This document shows positions 40,001 through 49,249 of a stretch of DNA of 64,000 bases, piece by piece (the first letter of the stretch is position 1; each line of letters starts with the position of its first letter). The stretch spans positions 348 through 64,347 of the forward strand of contig JAOZQY010000016.1 in NCBI GenBank assembly GCA_029931975.1. The letters are read 5' to 3'. The notes beneath the pieces are model-generated. The model was not told the DNA's origin, searched no databases, and saw nothing but the letters and a program-made list of their open reading frames with translations. Source of the stretch: Bacteroidales bacterium. Its GTDB lineage: Bacteria > Bacteroidota > Bacteroidia > Bacteroidales > GCA-2748055. Made by a program: the position numbers and the translations under genes.

Positions 40001-41451
40001 GGATGAAACGTAGCATTATTATTGGCTTGGGATTAATCCTGGGGGCCCTCTTGCAACTCAGGGCCCAGCCCAGCAATTCTCTATACTTTATGCATGGGGT
40101 ACCACAGTTTAACAGGGTAAATCCTGCGCGGCAGCCGGCATGCGGCTTCTATATTGGAATGCCCCTGTTATCTCCTTTGAGCACTGAGCTGTCATCAAGT
40201 TCCCTTGCCTGGGAGGACTTGGTCTATCCGCATCCCACGGAAGATTCTTTGATCACCTTTTTGCATCCAGAGGGCGATAAGCAGGCTTTTTTGAATCAGC
40301 TTAAACCATTAAACTACGTCGTTTCTGATCTGGGGACTTCCCTTTTTTCTCTGGGTTTTCGAACCGGAGCAGGATTCTTTACCCTGGATGTCACCTCCAG
40401 AGTAGAGGGGAGTCTTTATTATCCGGGCGATCTGGCCCGGCTTGTACTGGAGGGTGCAGATGAAGGAGAAACTTATATCTTGAATGGTATGGGGACTGAT
40501 CTTTCAGCATTTGATGAAATCGCTCTTGGCTGGTCAGGAGCCATCGGAGATAAGTTGCAGATAGGGGTACGTGGAAAATTTCTCTTTGGTCTTGGAAATG
40601 TGTACACTTCAAACTCTCAGCTGGAGGTAACAACTTCCGAGGATGTCTGGAATATTGAATCGGACATGGAGTTTGATGTTTCTCTTCCTTTTGCTGAGGT
40701 GGTTTATGATGCAGATGGGATAATTGAGGATGTTATTGTAGATGACGATATTACGAATTTGAATCCCATGGCCATGGCCAGGCTTGCTTTCAACAAAAAT
40801 AATTTTGGCCTGGGTCTCGATCTGGGTATAGACTATAAGCCCTCAGAGAGCTGGCACCTGAGCGCCAGTGTTCTGGATATTGGTTATATCAGATGGACCG
40901 ATGAGGTACATGAGGTAAGCTATAATGCAGTATATGATTATACCAGTCTTGAGGTAAATCCCTTTGATTTTCTGGGCGAAACAGGGGAGAGTAATTACTT
41001 CGACAGCACCTTTTCCGAACTGTCCGATACCTTATCCGGGGCGCTTGAATTTACCCAGGGGGAGATTTACAATAGTCGGCTTCATACGAAGCTGTTTGTG
41101 GGTACTTCCTGGTATGTAACGCCGAAAATTAATTTTGGACTCCTTTCCAGGACAGACTTCCTGAGAGACAAGGTGGTTGAACAGCTAACAGCATCAGCTA
41201 ACTTTGCAGCAGGGCGCTTTCTTAACTTTACCCTGAGTTACTCATACATTAACAGTTACCTTAAGAATATGGGAACCGGGATCTCTTTCAATGCCGGGCC
41301 CCTGAATCTCTATTTGATCTCAGATAACACCCTGAACCTTATATTCTGGCCACAGGAAGCACAATCGGCAAATCTCTGGTTCGGGATGAACCTGATTTTT
41401 GGTTATAAGCAATTTAACAAGGTTGATAAAGACAGACCTCTGGTATATTAA
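39997..41451 (+). CDS. hypothetical outer-membrane beta-barrel-type protein with a PorP/SprF-like N-terminal motif
   Basis: 484 aa. Signal peptide ending LRAQ, then PSNSLYFMHGVPQFNRVNPA. Alternating beta-strand pattern and a C-terminal FGMNLIFGYKQF segment. ATGA overlap with the upstream gene. Confidence 0.65.
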   Translation: MRMKRSIIIGLGLILGALLQLRAQPSNSLYFMHGVPQFNRVNPARQPACGFYIGMPLLSPLSTELSSSSLAWEDLVYPHPTEDSLITFLHPEGDKQAFLNQLKPLNYVVSDLGTSLFSLGFRTGAGFFTLDVTSRVEGSLYYPGDLARLVLEGADEGETYILNGMGTDLSAFDEIALGWSGAIGDKLQIGVRGKFLFGLGNVYTSNSQLEVTTSEDVWNIESDMEFDVSLPFAEVVYDADGIIEDVIVDDDITNLNPMAMARLAFNKNNFGLGLDLGIDYKPSESWHLSASVLDIGYIRWTDEVHEVSYNAVYDYTSLEVNPFDFLGETGESNYFDSTFSELSDTLSGALEFTQGEIYNSRLHTKLFVGTSWYVTPKINFGLLSRTDFLRDKVVEQLTASANFAAGRFLNFTLSYSYINSYLKNMGTGISFNAGPLNLYLISDNTLNLIFWPQEAQSANLWFGMNLIFGYKQFNKVDKDRPLVY

Positions 41452-41464
41452 TACTTTTTGAGGA

Positions 41465-42214
41465 TCAGGCTTTTCGGATCTGCTTGGCCATATTGGTGGC
41501 AAAAACAAAATTATTCAGCGCTTCATTATCTGTCTGCAGAACCTCCTTACGGGTTCCCTCCCAGCACTTACAGCCCCTGTAGATAAAGATTACCTTATCG
41601 CCGATTTCAAGTACAGAATTCATATCGTGCGAATTTATAATGGTGGTCATCTGGAATTCTTCGGTAATTTCTTTGATCAGGTTATCTATAACGATACCGG
41701 TTTCAGGATCCAATCCGGAGTTGGGCTCATCACAGAGCAAGTATTGTGGATTAAGGGCAATGGCGCGGGCAATGGCCACCCGCTTCTTCATTCCTCCACT
41801 CAATTCGCCCGGGTACAGTTTGTTAGAACCGCTTACACGAACCCTTTCCAGGCAGAAATTGGCGCGATCCAGTTTCTCACTGGTGCCTTTCTCGGTAAAA
41901 AAGTCAAGAGGAAAGAGGACATTCTCTTCTACCGTAAGTGAATCGAACAGTGCTGCTCCCTGAAAAAGAACCCCCATCTTCTGGCGAAGCGCTTGTCTGG
42001 CACGGGCATTCATGTTGCTGAAATTCTGATCATTATACCATATCTCTCCATCATCTGTTTCGATCAGTCCGGCAATGGATTTCAGAAGGACGGTTTTTCC
42101 GGAACCACTTCGCCCGATAATCAGGTTGCATTTTCCTGGTTCAAATCTGGCGCTTACATCGTTTAAAACAAATTCGCCATCGAAGCTTTTAAAAAGATTT
42201 TTTACCTCGATCAT
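41465..42214 (-). CDS. ABC transporter ATP-binding protein (MlaF-like)
   Basis: 249 aa. GRSGSGKTV Walker A, LSGGMKKRVAIARA, LLCDEPNSGLDP. ATGA overlap with the MlaE-like permease gene. Confidence 0.85.
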   Translation of the reverse strand: MIEVKNLFKSFDGEFVLNDVSARFEPGKCNLIIGRSGSGKTVLLKSIAGLIETDDGEIWYNDQNFSNMNARARQALRQKMGVLFQGAALFDSLTVEENVLFPLDFFTEKGTSEKLDRANFCLERVRVSGSNKLYPGELSGGMKKRVAIARAIALNPQYLLCDEPNSGLDPETGIVIDNLIKEITEEFQMTTIINSHDMNSVLEIGDKVIFIYRGCKCWEGTRKEVLQTDNEALNNFVFATNMAKQIRKA

Positions 42215-42951
42215 TGGAGAATGGTTCTGGTTAGAATCAGGTTGGCAAGCAGGATCAGAATACTGCTCTGCACCACGGCTCTGGTACTGGACTTTCCTAC
42301 CTCGACTGCTCCTCCTTTTACATTGTAGCCATAATAGGAAGAGACAGTGGTAATGATAATGGCATAGAATACAGTTTTTGTCATGGCGTACCAGATGTAG
42401 TAAGGGTAGAAAGCATACTGGATTCCATATATGTAGTCACCGGGAGGCATCACATTGGCCAGTATACATGCGAGATAACCCCCGGCCAGTCCAACCATGA
42501 TACTAAGCAGGCAGAGAATGGGAAAGAACAGCACTGCGGCAATAATCCTGGGAAGAATCAGATAAGAGGCGGAATTGATTCCCATCACATCCAGGGCATC
42601 AATTTGTTCGGTTATTCGCATCATCCCAAGTTCTGAAGCAATGCTCGACCCCACTTTACCGGCGAGTATTAGTGCCACCATGGTGGAGGAAAACTCCAGG
42701 AGCAATGAATCCCGGACCGTGACACCCACCAGGTACTTGGGAAGAAGGGGATTTTCAATGTTGAAGTTGGTTTGTATGGTAATAACCGCTCCAACAAATA
42801 GTGAGATAAGCACTACAATTGGAAAGGAGTTAATTCCCACCTTCTCTATCTCCCGCATTGTTTGACGGTAAAGGATGGCGTGTTTTTCAGGCTGACTGAA
42901 AGTCCTCTTCATCAACAAAAAGTAGGATCCTATATGTATAAGGAGTTTCAT
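42211..42951 (-). CDS. MlaE family ABC transporter permease
   Basis: 246 aa, polytopic. ITEQIDALDVMGINS is the MlaE/Ttg2B hallmark as I remember it. Confidence 0.8.
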   Translation of the reverse strand: MKLLIHIGSYFLLMKRTFSQPEKHAILYRQTMREIEKVGINSFPIVVLISLFVGAVITIQTNFNIENPLLPKYLVGVTVRDSLLLEFSSTMVALILAGKVGSSIASELGMMRITEQIDALDVMGINSASYLILPRIIAAVLFFPILCLLSIMVGLAGGYLACILANVMPPGDYIYGIQYAFYPYYIWYAMTKTVFYAIIITTVSSYYGYNVKGGAVEVGKSSTRAVVQSSILILLANLILTRTILQ

Positions 42952-43081
42952 ATATCCTGATCAAATATATGTATTATTTCATTTATTGTATAAAACATCT
43001 ATCAAGGCAGGGCTATTCCTTAAAAAGCCATTATATTTAGTAGATAGATAAATAGCGCAAATCAATTTTCCTATTAAAATA

Positions 43082-44176
43082 ATGGATAAAAATTACTATT
43101 GTGTGATCATGGCCGGTGGCATAGGCAGCCGCTTCTGGCCATTGAGTAAGACAGAACGCCCCAAGCAGTTTCTTGATATCCTGGGTGTTGGGCGAACCCT
43201 GTTGCAACAGACTTTCGATCGGTTTCTTAATATCATGCCTTCCGATCATATTTTCATTGTAAGTAACCTGGAGTACAAAGAGATTATAGTAGAACAGTTG
43301 CCCGATATCCCGGTAGAGAATATCCTTCTGGAGCCTTTGCGTCGGAATACGGCTCCATGTATTGATTATGCAAACTTCAGGATTTCCAAGAAAGACCCTG
43401 ACGCCCGAATCGTTGTGGCTCCTTCTGATCACCTGATTATGAAAGAAGAGGAGTTCCTCAGGTCGGTGGAGCAGGGCCTGGAGTTTGTGACCGCAAATGA
43501 GGCCTTGCTGACCCTGGGCATTGTTCCCAGTCGACCGGAAACAGGATATGGCTATGTCCAGTCCATTGAGAAGGAAGTGAAGGGATATGAATCACTTACC
43601 CTGCGTAAGGTGAAAACTTTTACTGAGAAGCCCGATCTGAAGCTGGCCAGGGTTTTTCTCGATAGTGGGGATTTTTACTGGAATGCGGGTATTTTCTTCT
43701 GGTCGCTCAAAACCATTATGAATTCCTTTGCGACATATCTTCCTGAGATTCACACCCTTTTTAAAGAGGGAGAGGCGCATTATGGGACTGAGAGGGAGCA
43801 GTCGTTCATTCATGAAACCTATAGCAATTGCAGGAACATAAGCGTAGACTATGGAATCATGGAGAAGGCTGACAATGTTTTTGTACTGGTTTCCGATTTT
43901 GGCTGGTCCGATCTTGGTACATGGGGTTCCTTATACGAACAACTGGAGGGTGATGATCACAATAATTCTGTAACCGGGAAGCATGTTTTTATGTATGAAT
44001 CGTCCGGGAATATTGTGAATGTTCAGGACGATATGCTGGTAGTCTTGCAGGGCCTTGAGGACTATATTGTTGTACAAAATGAAAAGATCATTCTTGTTTG
44101 TAAGCGTGAGGATGAGCAGAATATTAAGCAGTACCTTACTGATATTAAGACCGAGGTCGGGGAGGATATGGTGTAG
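43082..44176 (+). CDS. mannose-1-phosphate guanylyltransferase
   Basis: 364 aa. IMAGGIGSRFWPLSK...PKQFL nucleotidyltransferase motif, FTEKPD, YWNAGIFFW. Confidence 0.85.
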   Translation: MDKNYYCVIMAGGIGSRFWPLSKTERPKQFLDILGVGRTLLQQTFDRFLNIMPSDHIFIVSNLEYKEIIVEQLPDIPVENILLEPLRRNTAPCIDYANFRISKKDPDARIVVAPSDHLIMKEEEFLRSVEQGLEFVTANEALLTLGIVPSRPETGYGYVQSIEKEVKGYESLTLRKVKTFTEKPDLKLARVFLDSGDFYWNAGIFFWSLKTIMNSFATYLPEIHTLFKEGEAHYGTEREQSFIHETYSNCRNISVDYGIMEKADNVFVLVSDFGWSDLGTWGSLYEQLEGDDHNNSVTGKHVFMYESSGNIVNVQDDMLVVLQGLEDYIVVQNEKIILVCKREDEQNIKQYLTDIKTEVGEDMV

Positions 44177-44250
44177 ATAGCTCGGTATTTCGTGTACTCG
44201 CTGTACCGTGTCGCTTCGCTCCCCGCAAAGGCTTCGGTTCAGTTGAGACA

Positions 44251-44284
44251 AAAAAAACCGCATCATGGAGAATGCGGTTTAATA
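44251..44284. terminator. bidirectional terminator between the mannose-1-phosphate guanylyltransferase gene (plus) and gldN (minus)
   Basis: The stem aaaccgcat / atgcggttt is preceded by an A8 run and followed by TTTAATAAT, so it can terminate either strand. Confidence 0.65.
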
Positions 44285-44302
44285 ATGAGGTAAGGAAATG
44301 TT

Positions 44303-45205
44303 CTAGTATTCCCAGAGATCGTGCTCCATAATGAACAGATCATTCTTGATACGTTCAGCTTCTATCAATACATCCTGGCCCAGTTTGTAATCTGTCAGCA
44401 GGCGGTTTCCAAATACATTGGATTCAGCAATAATGGTGCTGGAAAAACGACGTTGCATAAAAAGATCATCAAAAGAGGCAGACTGGGCATCATTGTTCGG
44501 GTTATAGATAGAGTGGGTGGCAAACAATCTTCTACATTGTGGAAAATGAACCACAAACGGGATCTGTAACCTGGGGGAGGGTAAGGGTTGATTGAATTCA
44601 TCATAGCGCTCATAATAGACAGGAGCCAGTGCCACAATACGCACCTTCATAGTAGAGTGCTGCTTATCAAAGTACCATTGCTCCTGCACCTGAAATTGCA
44701 TAACATTGGACATTCCCTGTCCAACCTTCTCAAAATTCCCATCATTATCATAGATGCTGTCACCACCCGACAGGCGGTAAATTTCTTCCAGATTGGTGAC
44801 CTTTGCAAAAGGATCTTTCCAACCTACAATCGGATTGAATTCGTAGGGGGTGATCTCTTCGGTTTTGATACCTTCCATCAACAGTCCAAACAGGCTGTAT
44901 CGTTCCCCATCACTCATGTTTCCCTCCAGGGGATAACGAAGGGGCATGTTCTGACGATGCCTCAGATCGATGGTTCTCCATATATCCTTTGCCCACATGA
45001 CATCGGATTCCCGAATGTAGCTGTATGGAACAGGTTTCTTTTCCGGAATGATCGTTTCTGATGTGTATACATCCGTTGAGGGGGAATAGGCGGTGATTAC
45101 CGGCGCGTTTCCAGGTGTAACGGACGTATTTACATTCTGGGCTGATAAGGACAATGTCCCAATGGCCAGAATTGCTGCTCCAAATATATACCTTCTTGCC
45201 TTCAT
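44303..45205 (-). CDS. gldN: gliding motility / T9SS protein GldN (PorN)
   Basis: About 300 aa from the ATG at 45205 (the track start at 45217 is a TTG). Signal peptide ending LSAQ, position immediately after gldM (TAAgATG), and conserved-looking VMWAKDIWRTIDLR. Confidence 0.8.
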   Translation of the reverse strand: MKARRYIFGAAILAIGTLSLSAQNVNTSVTPGNAPVITAYSPSTDVYTSETIIPEKKPVPYSYIRESDVMWAKDIWRTIDLRHRQNMPLRYPLEGNMSDGERYSLFGLLMEGIKTEEITPYEFNPIVGWKDPFAKVTNLEEIYRLSGGDSIYDNDGNFEKVGQGMSNVMQFQVQEQWYFDKQHSTMKVRIVALAPVYYERYDEFNQPLPSPRLQIPFVVHFPQCRRLFATHSIYNPNNDAQSASFDDLFMQRRFSSTIIAESNVFGNRLLTDYKLGQDVLIEAERIKNDLFIMEHDLWEY

Positions 45206-45206
45206 C

Positions 45207-46784
45207 TTATCGTACAATTATGGTAATGTTATTAAGATTTCTTACTTTACCGTCAGGGCCGGAGGCCTTAATTTTTTCAATCATGACCCGCTGACCGGTC
45301 CTCAATTGTCTGAACAGGTCCTTCTGTTGACTGGTAAATTTATCACTACTCGAGGGCATGGAACTCCAGATGCCACCCTGGCCCTGGAAAGCCACTTCAA
45401 AAGACTGTACCTTATATTCTACTTCAAACACAAAATCTTTGGCTTCGGCTCTTACATTCTTCAATTGGGACATACTTCCCACGGTAAGAGCTCCCTGGGA
45501 GCCTTGAATACCTTCCACCACTGCATCAGGTTTGGGAAGGTCGTAAACCCTGAAATCGGAACGGGTCATCAATCTCTTGGTACCATCTACGGTGGCATAT
45601 ACAGAGATGGTGGCTTTATCGTTCCGTGGACCAGGTTGTACCGTATAGGAACCTGTACCCACCTTATGGATACTTCCAGAGGAAATTTCGGGCTTTACAT
45701 CACTTTCAGGAACACCTCCGGCTGATATGGCAACCGGGTTAGGGATTCCCCTGTAAAACACGTTCATACCGGTAGCGGAGACTGTAGCAGTGGCTTCGGC
45801 TACTTCAAATTCTGCTTCAAAATCCTTGGATGTTACCTGTCCGTCTTTCTCAATGGAGATGGTACCTCCCCATTTGTGTATCCCTATGTTGTTATACGAT
45901 ACAGAGTAGATTCCCATGCCTTTATCTGTTTCAAGGACGGTTCCGTTATTCAGGGTAACCGTTGGTATGTTGGTGGAGTCATAGGCAGCAAGAAAAACTT
46001 CTGCGCGATACTCCTGTCCTTTGAATACATAATTGGAATTGGGAATAACCACGGGCTTGATCACGTTCACCTTGAAGTCGCCTGCGTCCACCTGTCCCAG
46101 CAGAAAGTTGAGCATCTCTGCTTCAACATTCCGGACATCCCCCTGCATTTTGGAGAGCAGGGTAATGACAGAGGCCAGGGGAAGATGTTCAAAATAGGTG
46201 GATTCCCAGGTTGGGGTCACACCCTTTTTGTGTCCATGATACAGGCTCTCGGGAACATCTGTACTAAGAATTCCTTCTATGGCGTCTACCGTGGTGGGAA
46301 ATTTCTCTTTCTCCTCTATCATGGAGAGCAGGAACTCCCTGTGATCTTCAATCTTGGCTTTGAGCTCCGACCCTTTTTTACCGACAATCATAATCTCAGG
46401 AGGAGTATTTGTGTTGTCTTTTTGTCCCACATCGGCCAGGTGAACCACACCATCGTGAATGGCTTCCTCATCCTTTACCTGAACAATCTCTACCTTACAC
46501 TCATTTATGAATTCATACAGCTCATTGGAACGGGCCTGAACCTCATCTGCCCTGGTTTTCCAGTCACCCACCTTTTCAGGATTCTGTTCGAAAGCCATAT
46601 TAAATTTATAATAGAGCCCGTCATTTTTGGCTGCAAAATTTTCAGTGGTTACCGTAAGACCTCCATCCACCAGGGTAAATGCATCCAGCACCTCTTTTGA
46701 TACATTTAATGCCAGCATCGCTGTCAGCACCAAATACATCATGCCGATCATTTTTTGTCTCGGTGTTTCTTTACCGTGTCCCAT
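45207..46784 (-). CDS. gldM: gliding motility / T9SS protein GldM (PorM)
   Basis: 525 aa. N-terminal ETPRQKMIGMMYLVLTAMLALNVS is the GldM signature TM region. A large periplasmic remainder follows. Confidence 0.9.
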   Translation of the reverse strand: MGHGKETPRQKMIGMMYLVLTAMLALNVSKEVLDAFTLVDGGLTVTTENFAAKNDGLYYKFNMAFEQNPEKVGDWKTRADEVQARSNELYEFINECKVEIVQVKDEEAIHDGVVHLADVGQKDNTNTPPEIMIVGKKGSELKAKIEDHREFLLSMIEEKEKFPTTVDAIEGILSTDVPESLYHGHKKGVTPTWESTYFEHLPLASVITLLSKMQGDVRNVEAEMLNFLLGQVDAGDFKVNVIKPVVIPNSNYVFKGQEYRAEVFLAAYDSTNIPTVTLNNGTVLETDKGMGIYSVSYNNIGIHKWGGTISIEKDGQVTSKDFEAEFEVAEATATVSATGMNVFYRGIPNPVAISAGGVPESDVKPEISSGSIHKVGTGSYTVQPGPRNDKATISVYATVDGTKRLMTRSDFRVYDLPKPDAVVEGIQGSQGALTVGSMSQLKNVRAEAKDFVFEVEYKVQSFEVAFQGQGGIWSSMPSSSDKFTSQQKDLFRQLRTGQRVMIEKIKASGPDGKVRNLNNITIIVR

Positions 46785-46804
46785 AGATCAGGATTAAGTA
46801 TTAA

Positions 46805-47767
46805 TTACTTTTTTCTAATGCTCATGGCGGTGAGCATATTACCGTATACATTGTTCAGTTCAGAGAGGCTATCGCTGAGTTTTACAATTTCGTTTTTGTA
46901 TTTCTGTGTTTCTTCAACAGAAGCCTGCAGACTGGCGATCATTTCGTTCAAACCGCTGTAAACACCAGCAGTTCCCTGTAGGTGGTCCTTACTTCCTTTG
47001 ACCTGTTCGGCGTAAGAGTTATTCAGTTCGGCAAGGTTTTTATTCAGGGTTTCAAGCTCTGCGTTAAATTGCTTCTGACTTAAAGAAATATTGGTGTGTT
47101 CCTGCTTTACTTCGCCCGACATGGCTTCGTAGGTAGCAGTCAGGTTTGAACTGGAAGCTGCAAATTTATCTGCTATATCCTTGCCTTTGGCATCGATCAG
47201 GCTGGCTGTATTTTTATAGGATTCGGCCAGGGTTGAAACAGATTCATTCAATTCGCCGGTATTTGTGCCATAAGCAGTTGCCACAGTGTCCATCTTCTGT
47301 GCGGCATTGCCCATTTTGTTGAAATACTCCTTGGTGGCCAGGGAAGCTGAGGTAATATCACCAATGGTTTCCGTGGTAGTGGATATGGTATTAAGATGTT
47401 TACCGAGGCTCCTTACATCCTCGGCGTTGATCTGGGATTGCTCGAAAAGTTCATCGAATTTTTGTAAACCCACATTCCGGTCAGCAATGGCCTGTTCTTT
47501 ATATTCATCAATCTCATCGGGGTCTGACATACCGGCCAGTTCGGGGTAAACGAGAGTCCAGTCCAGTTCTTCATGGAGCGGCTCAAATGCTGAGAAAAAG
47601 AAAATGACAGCCTCTATCAGAAGTCCTGATGTCAACGCAGCACCTGCTCCAGGCCAGTGCTGGATTTTAAAGAGTGCTCCAACAATTACAATGGAGGCCC
47701 CGAAGCCATAGAGTTTAGCCGTGAAACTCTTCCAGCCCGAACTTTGAACAATCTCTGTAATTCCCAT
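46805..47767 (-). CDS. gldL: gliding motility / T9SS protein GldL (PorL)
   Basis: 320 aa. Two N-terminal TM helices with LFKIQHWPGA and FFFSAFEP, then a long helical cytoplasmic tail. Confidence 0.88.
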   Translation of the reverse strand: MGITEIVQSSGWKSFTAKLYGFGASIVIVGALFKIQHWPGAGAALTSGLLIEAVIFFFSAFEPLHEELDWTLVYPELAGMSDPDEIDEYKEQAIADRNVGLQKFDELFEQSQINAEDVRSLGKHLNTISTTTETIGDITSASLATKEYFNKMGNAAQKMDTVATAYGTNTGELNESVSTLAESYKNTASLIDAKGKDIADKFAASSSNLTATYEAMSGEVKQEHTNISLSQKQFNAELETLNKNLAELNNSYAEQVKGSKDHLQGTAGVYSGLNEMIASLQASVEETQKYKNEIVKLSDSLSELNNVYGNMLTAMSIRKK

Positions 47768-47783
47768 TATATTAAGTATTTAA

Positions 47784-49169
47784 TTATTGATCACCTAAAT
47801 ATGCGCGTACGCATCTGAAACCGATGTAAGACTTAGTAGTATCCTGATATTCATAGTCGCGGGTGCTTACCTGGAGATAACGGGCAATGTCTTTCCAGGA
47901 TCCGCCCCTGATTACTTTCCGTTTCATCACCGGAGGATCATCAGGTTTAGCGTTGTAGTTGTAATAAGGGTTCATATCGTGCGAAAATACGTATGCAGAT
48001 GGATCGTATGCAGTAATGGTCCATTCGGCCACATTTCCAGCCATGTCATAAAGACCAAATTCGTTTGGCACTCCATAGTAAGCAACCCTGGCCGGATACA
48101 TGGAGCCATCATCGGTATAGTTGCCACGCAGGGGCTTAAAGTTGGCAATAAAACAACCCAGTTTGTTCCTCAGATATACACCACCCCAAGGATACATGCT
48201 GTGATCCAGACCACCTCTGGCAGCATATTCCCATTCAGCTTCAATGGGTAACCTGTAATCCTGCACGATGGACTGGCCATTGTTAATAAGTGCCTGATTC
48301 AGATAGTTAGTTCTCCAGACGCAGAAGGCCTTGGCCTGCTTCCAGGTCACACCCACCACCGGGTAGTTGTCATAAGATGGAGAGGAGAAATAGAGGTTGG
48401 TCATGGGTTCGTTGAATGAATAAGTAAAATCTCTGACCCATACCAGGGTATCCGGATAGACCAGTACCCAGTCTTTGTTCACAAATGACGAACGACTTGT
48501 AATTTCTTCCTGTTCACCGTTTGGTCTGGTCACTGTTCCGGAATAGGAAACCACCGGATCAGCATTTCCTCCAGAGTATTCGAGAGAAACTCTGTTGTTG
48601 GGATTTGCTGCCTGAGTAAGATCGAGCCAGTAGTAGTTATAAATCAGTTTGGTAACGTTCAATTCTTTTCCGTACAGAGAGAGCCGATCTTCTCCCGAGT
48701 AATAAATCTCCAGGTCATCAATTATCTGGTTGACGTTTCCTTCCTTATCCCTGGATGGATCCAGGGGAGTTTCCCAGTCGATGATTGGATCATCATTCAT
48801 GTCTAAATAGGCCTGATCTTCGCCGTCTTTCCTGATGTAATCATCAATACCCTGAATGGCAAGCTCTTTTCGGATAATGGAATCACGAACCCAGAATACA
48901 AATTGACGGTATTCATTGTTGGTGATCTCAGTCTCGTCCATCCAGAACGCATCAACAGCAACGGTTCTGGTCATACTGTTCTGTGTCCATGTAACGTCCT
49001 GATCACTGGCCCCCATTGCAAATGAACCCATGGGTACAGCTACCATTCCAAAGGGATCAGGTTCAGCATAGGCTTTTCTACCTTCAACACCAACCAGTTC
49101 ACCGGTATTATATGTACTACAACTCCCGATGAGAATCGCACTTACAAGAAAAATCACTATTCGTTTCAT
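47784..49169 (-). CDS. gldK: gliding motility / T9SS lipoprotein GldK (PorK), FGE/sulfatase-modifying-factor fold
   Basis: 461 aa. Lipobox LIGSC followed by NTGELVGV. C-terminal FGE-like motifs (YPWGG, GLYDMAGNVAEW, RGGSW, GFRCV). Confidence 0.9.
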   Translation of the reverse strand: MKRIVIFLVSAILIGSCSTYNTGELVGVEGRKAYAEPDPFGMVAVPMGSFAMGASDQDVTWTQNSMTRTVAVDAFWMDETEITNNEYRQFVFWVRDSIIRKELAIQGIDDYIRKDGEDQAYLDMNDDPIIDWETPLDPSRDKEGNVNQIIDDLEIYYSGEDRLSLYGKELNVTKLIYNYYWLDLTQAANPNNRVSLEYSGGNADPVVSYSGTVTRPNGEQEEITSRSSFVNKDWVLVYPDTLVWVRDFTYSFNEPMTNLYFSSPSYDNYPVVGVTWKQAKAFCVWRTNYLNQALINNGQSIVQDYRLPIEAEWEYAARGGLDHSMYPWGGVYLRNKLGCFIANFKPLRGNYTDDGSMYPARVAYYGVPNEFGLYDMAGNVAEWTITAYDPSAYVFSHDMNPYYNYNAKPDDPPVMKRKVIRGGSWKDIARYLQVSTRDYEYQDTTKSYIGFRCVRAYLGDQ

Positions 49170-49249
49170 AGCATATAGCTTAATAGATACAAACCAACTT
49201 TATACGAATTGTTTAAAATATATAAAAACAATCTAAATATAGATAAATT

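Noticed and set aside
45876-46700. 274-aa plus-strand ORF, and the 210-aa ORF at 45093-45725
   Set aside because: Both are antisense to gldM and the gldN junction. They are shadow ORFs with no motifs, and the gldM and gldN calls are strongly supported.
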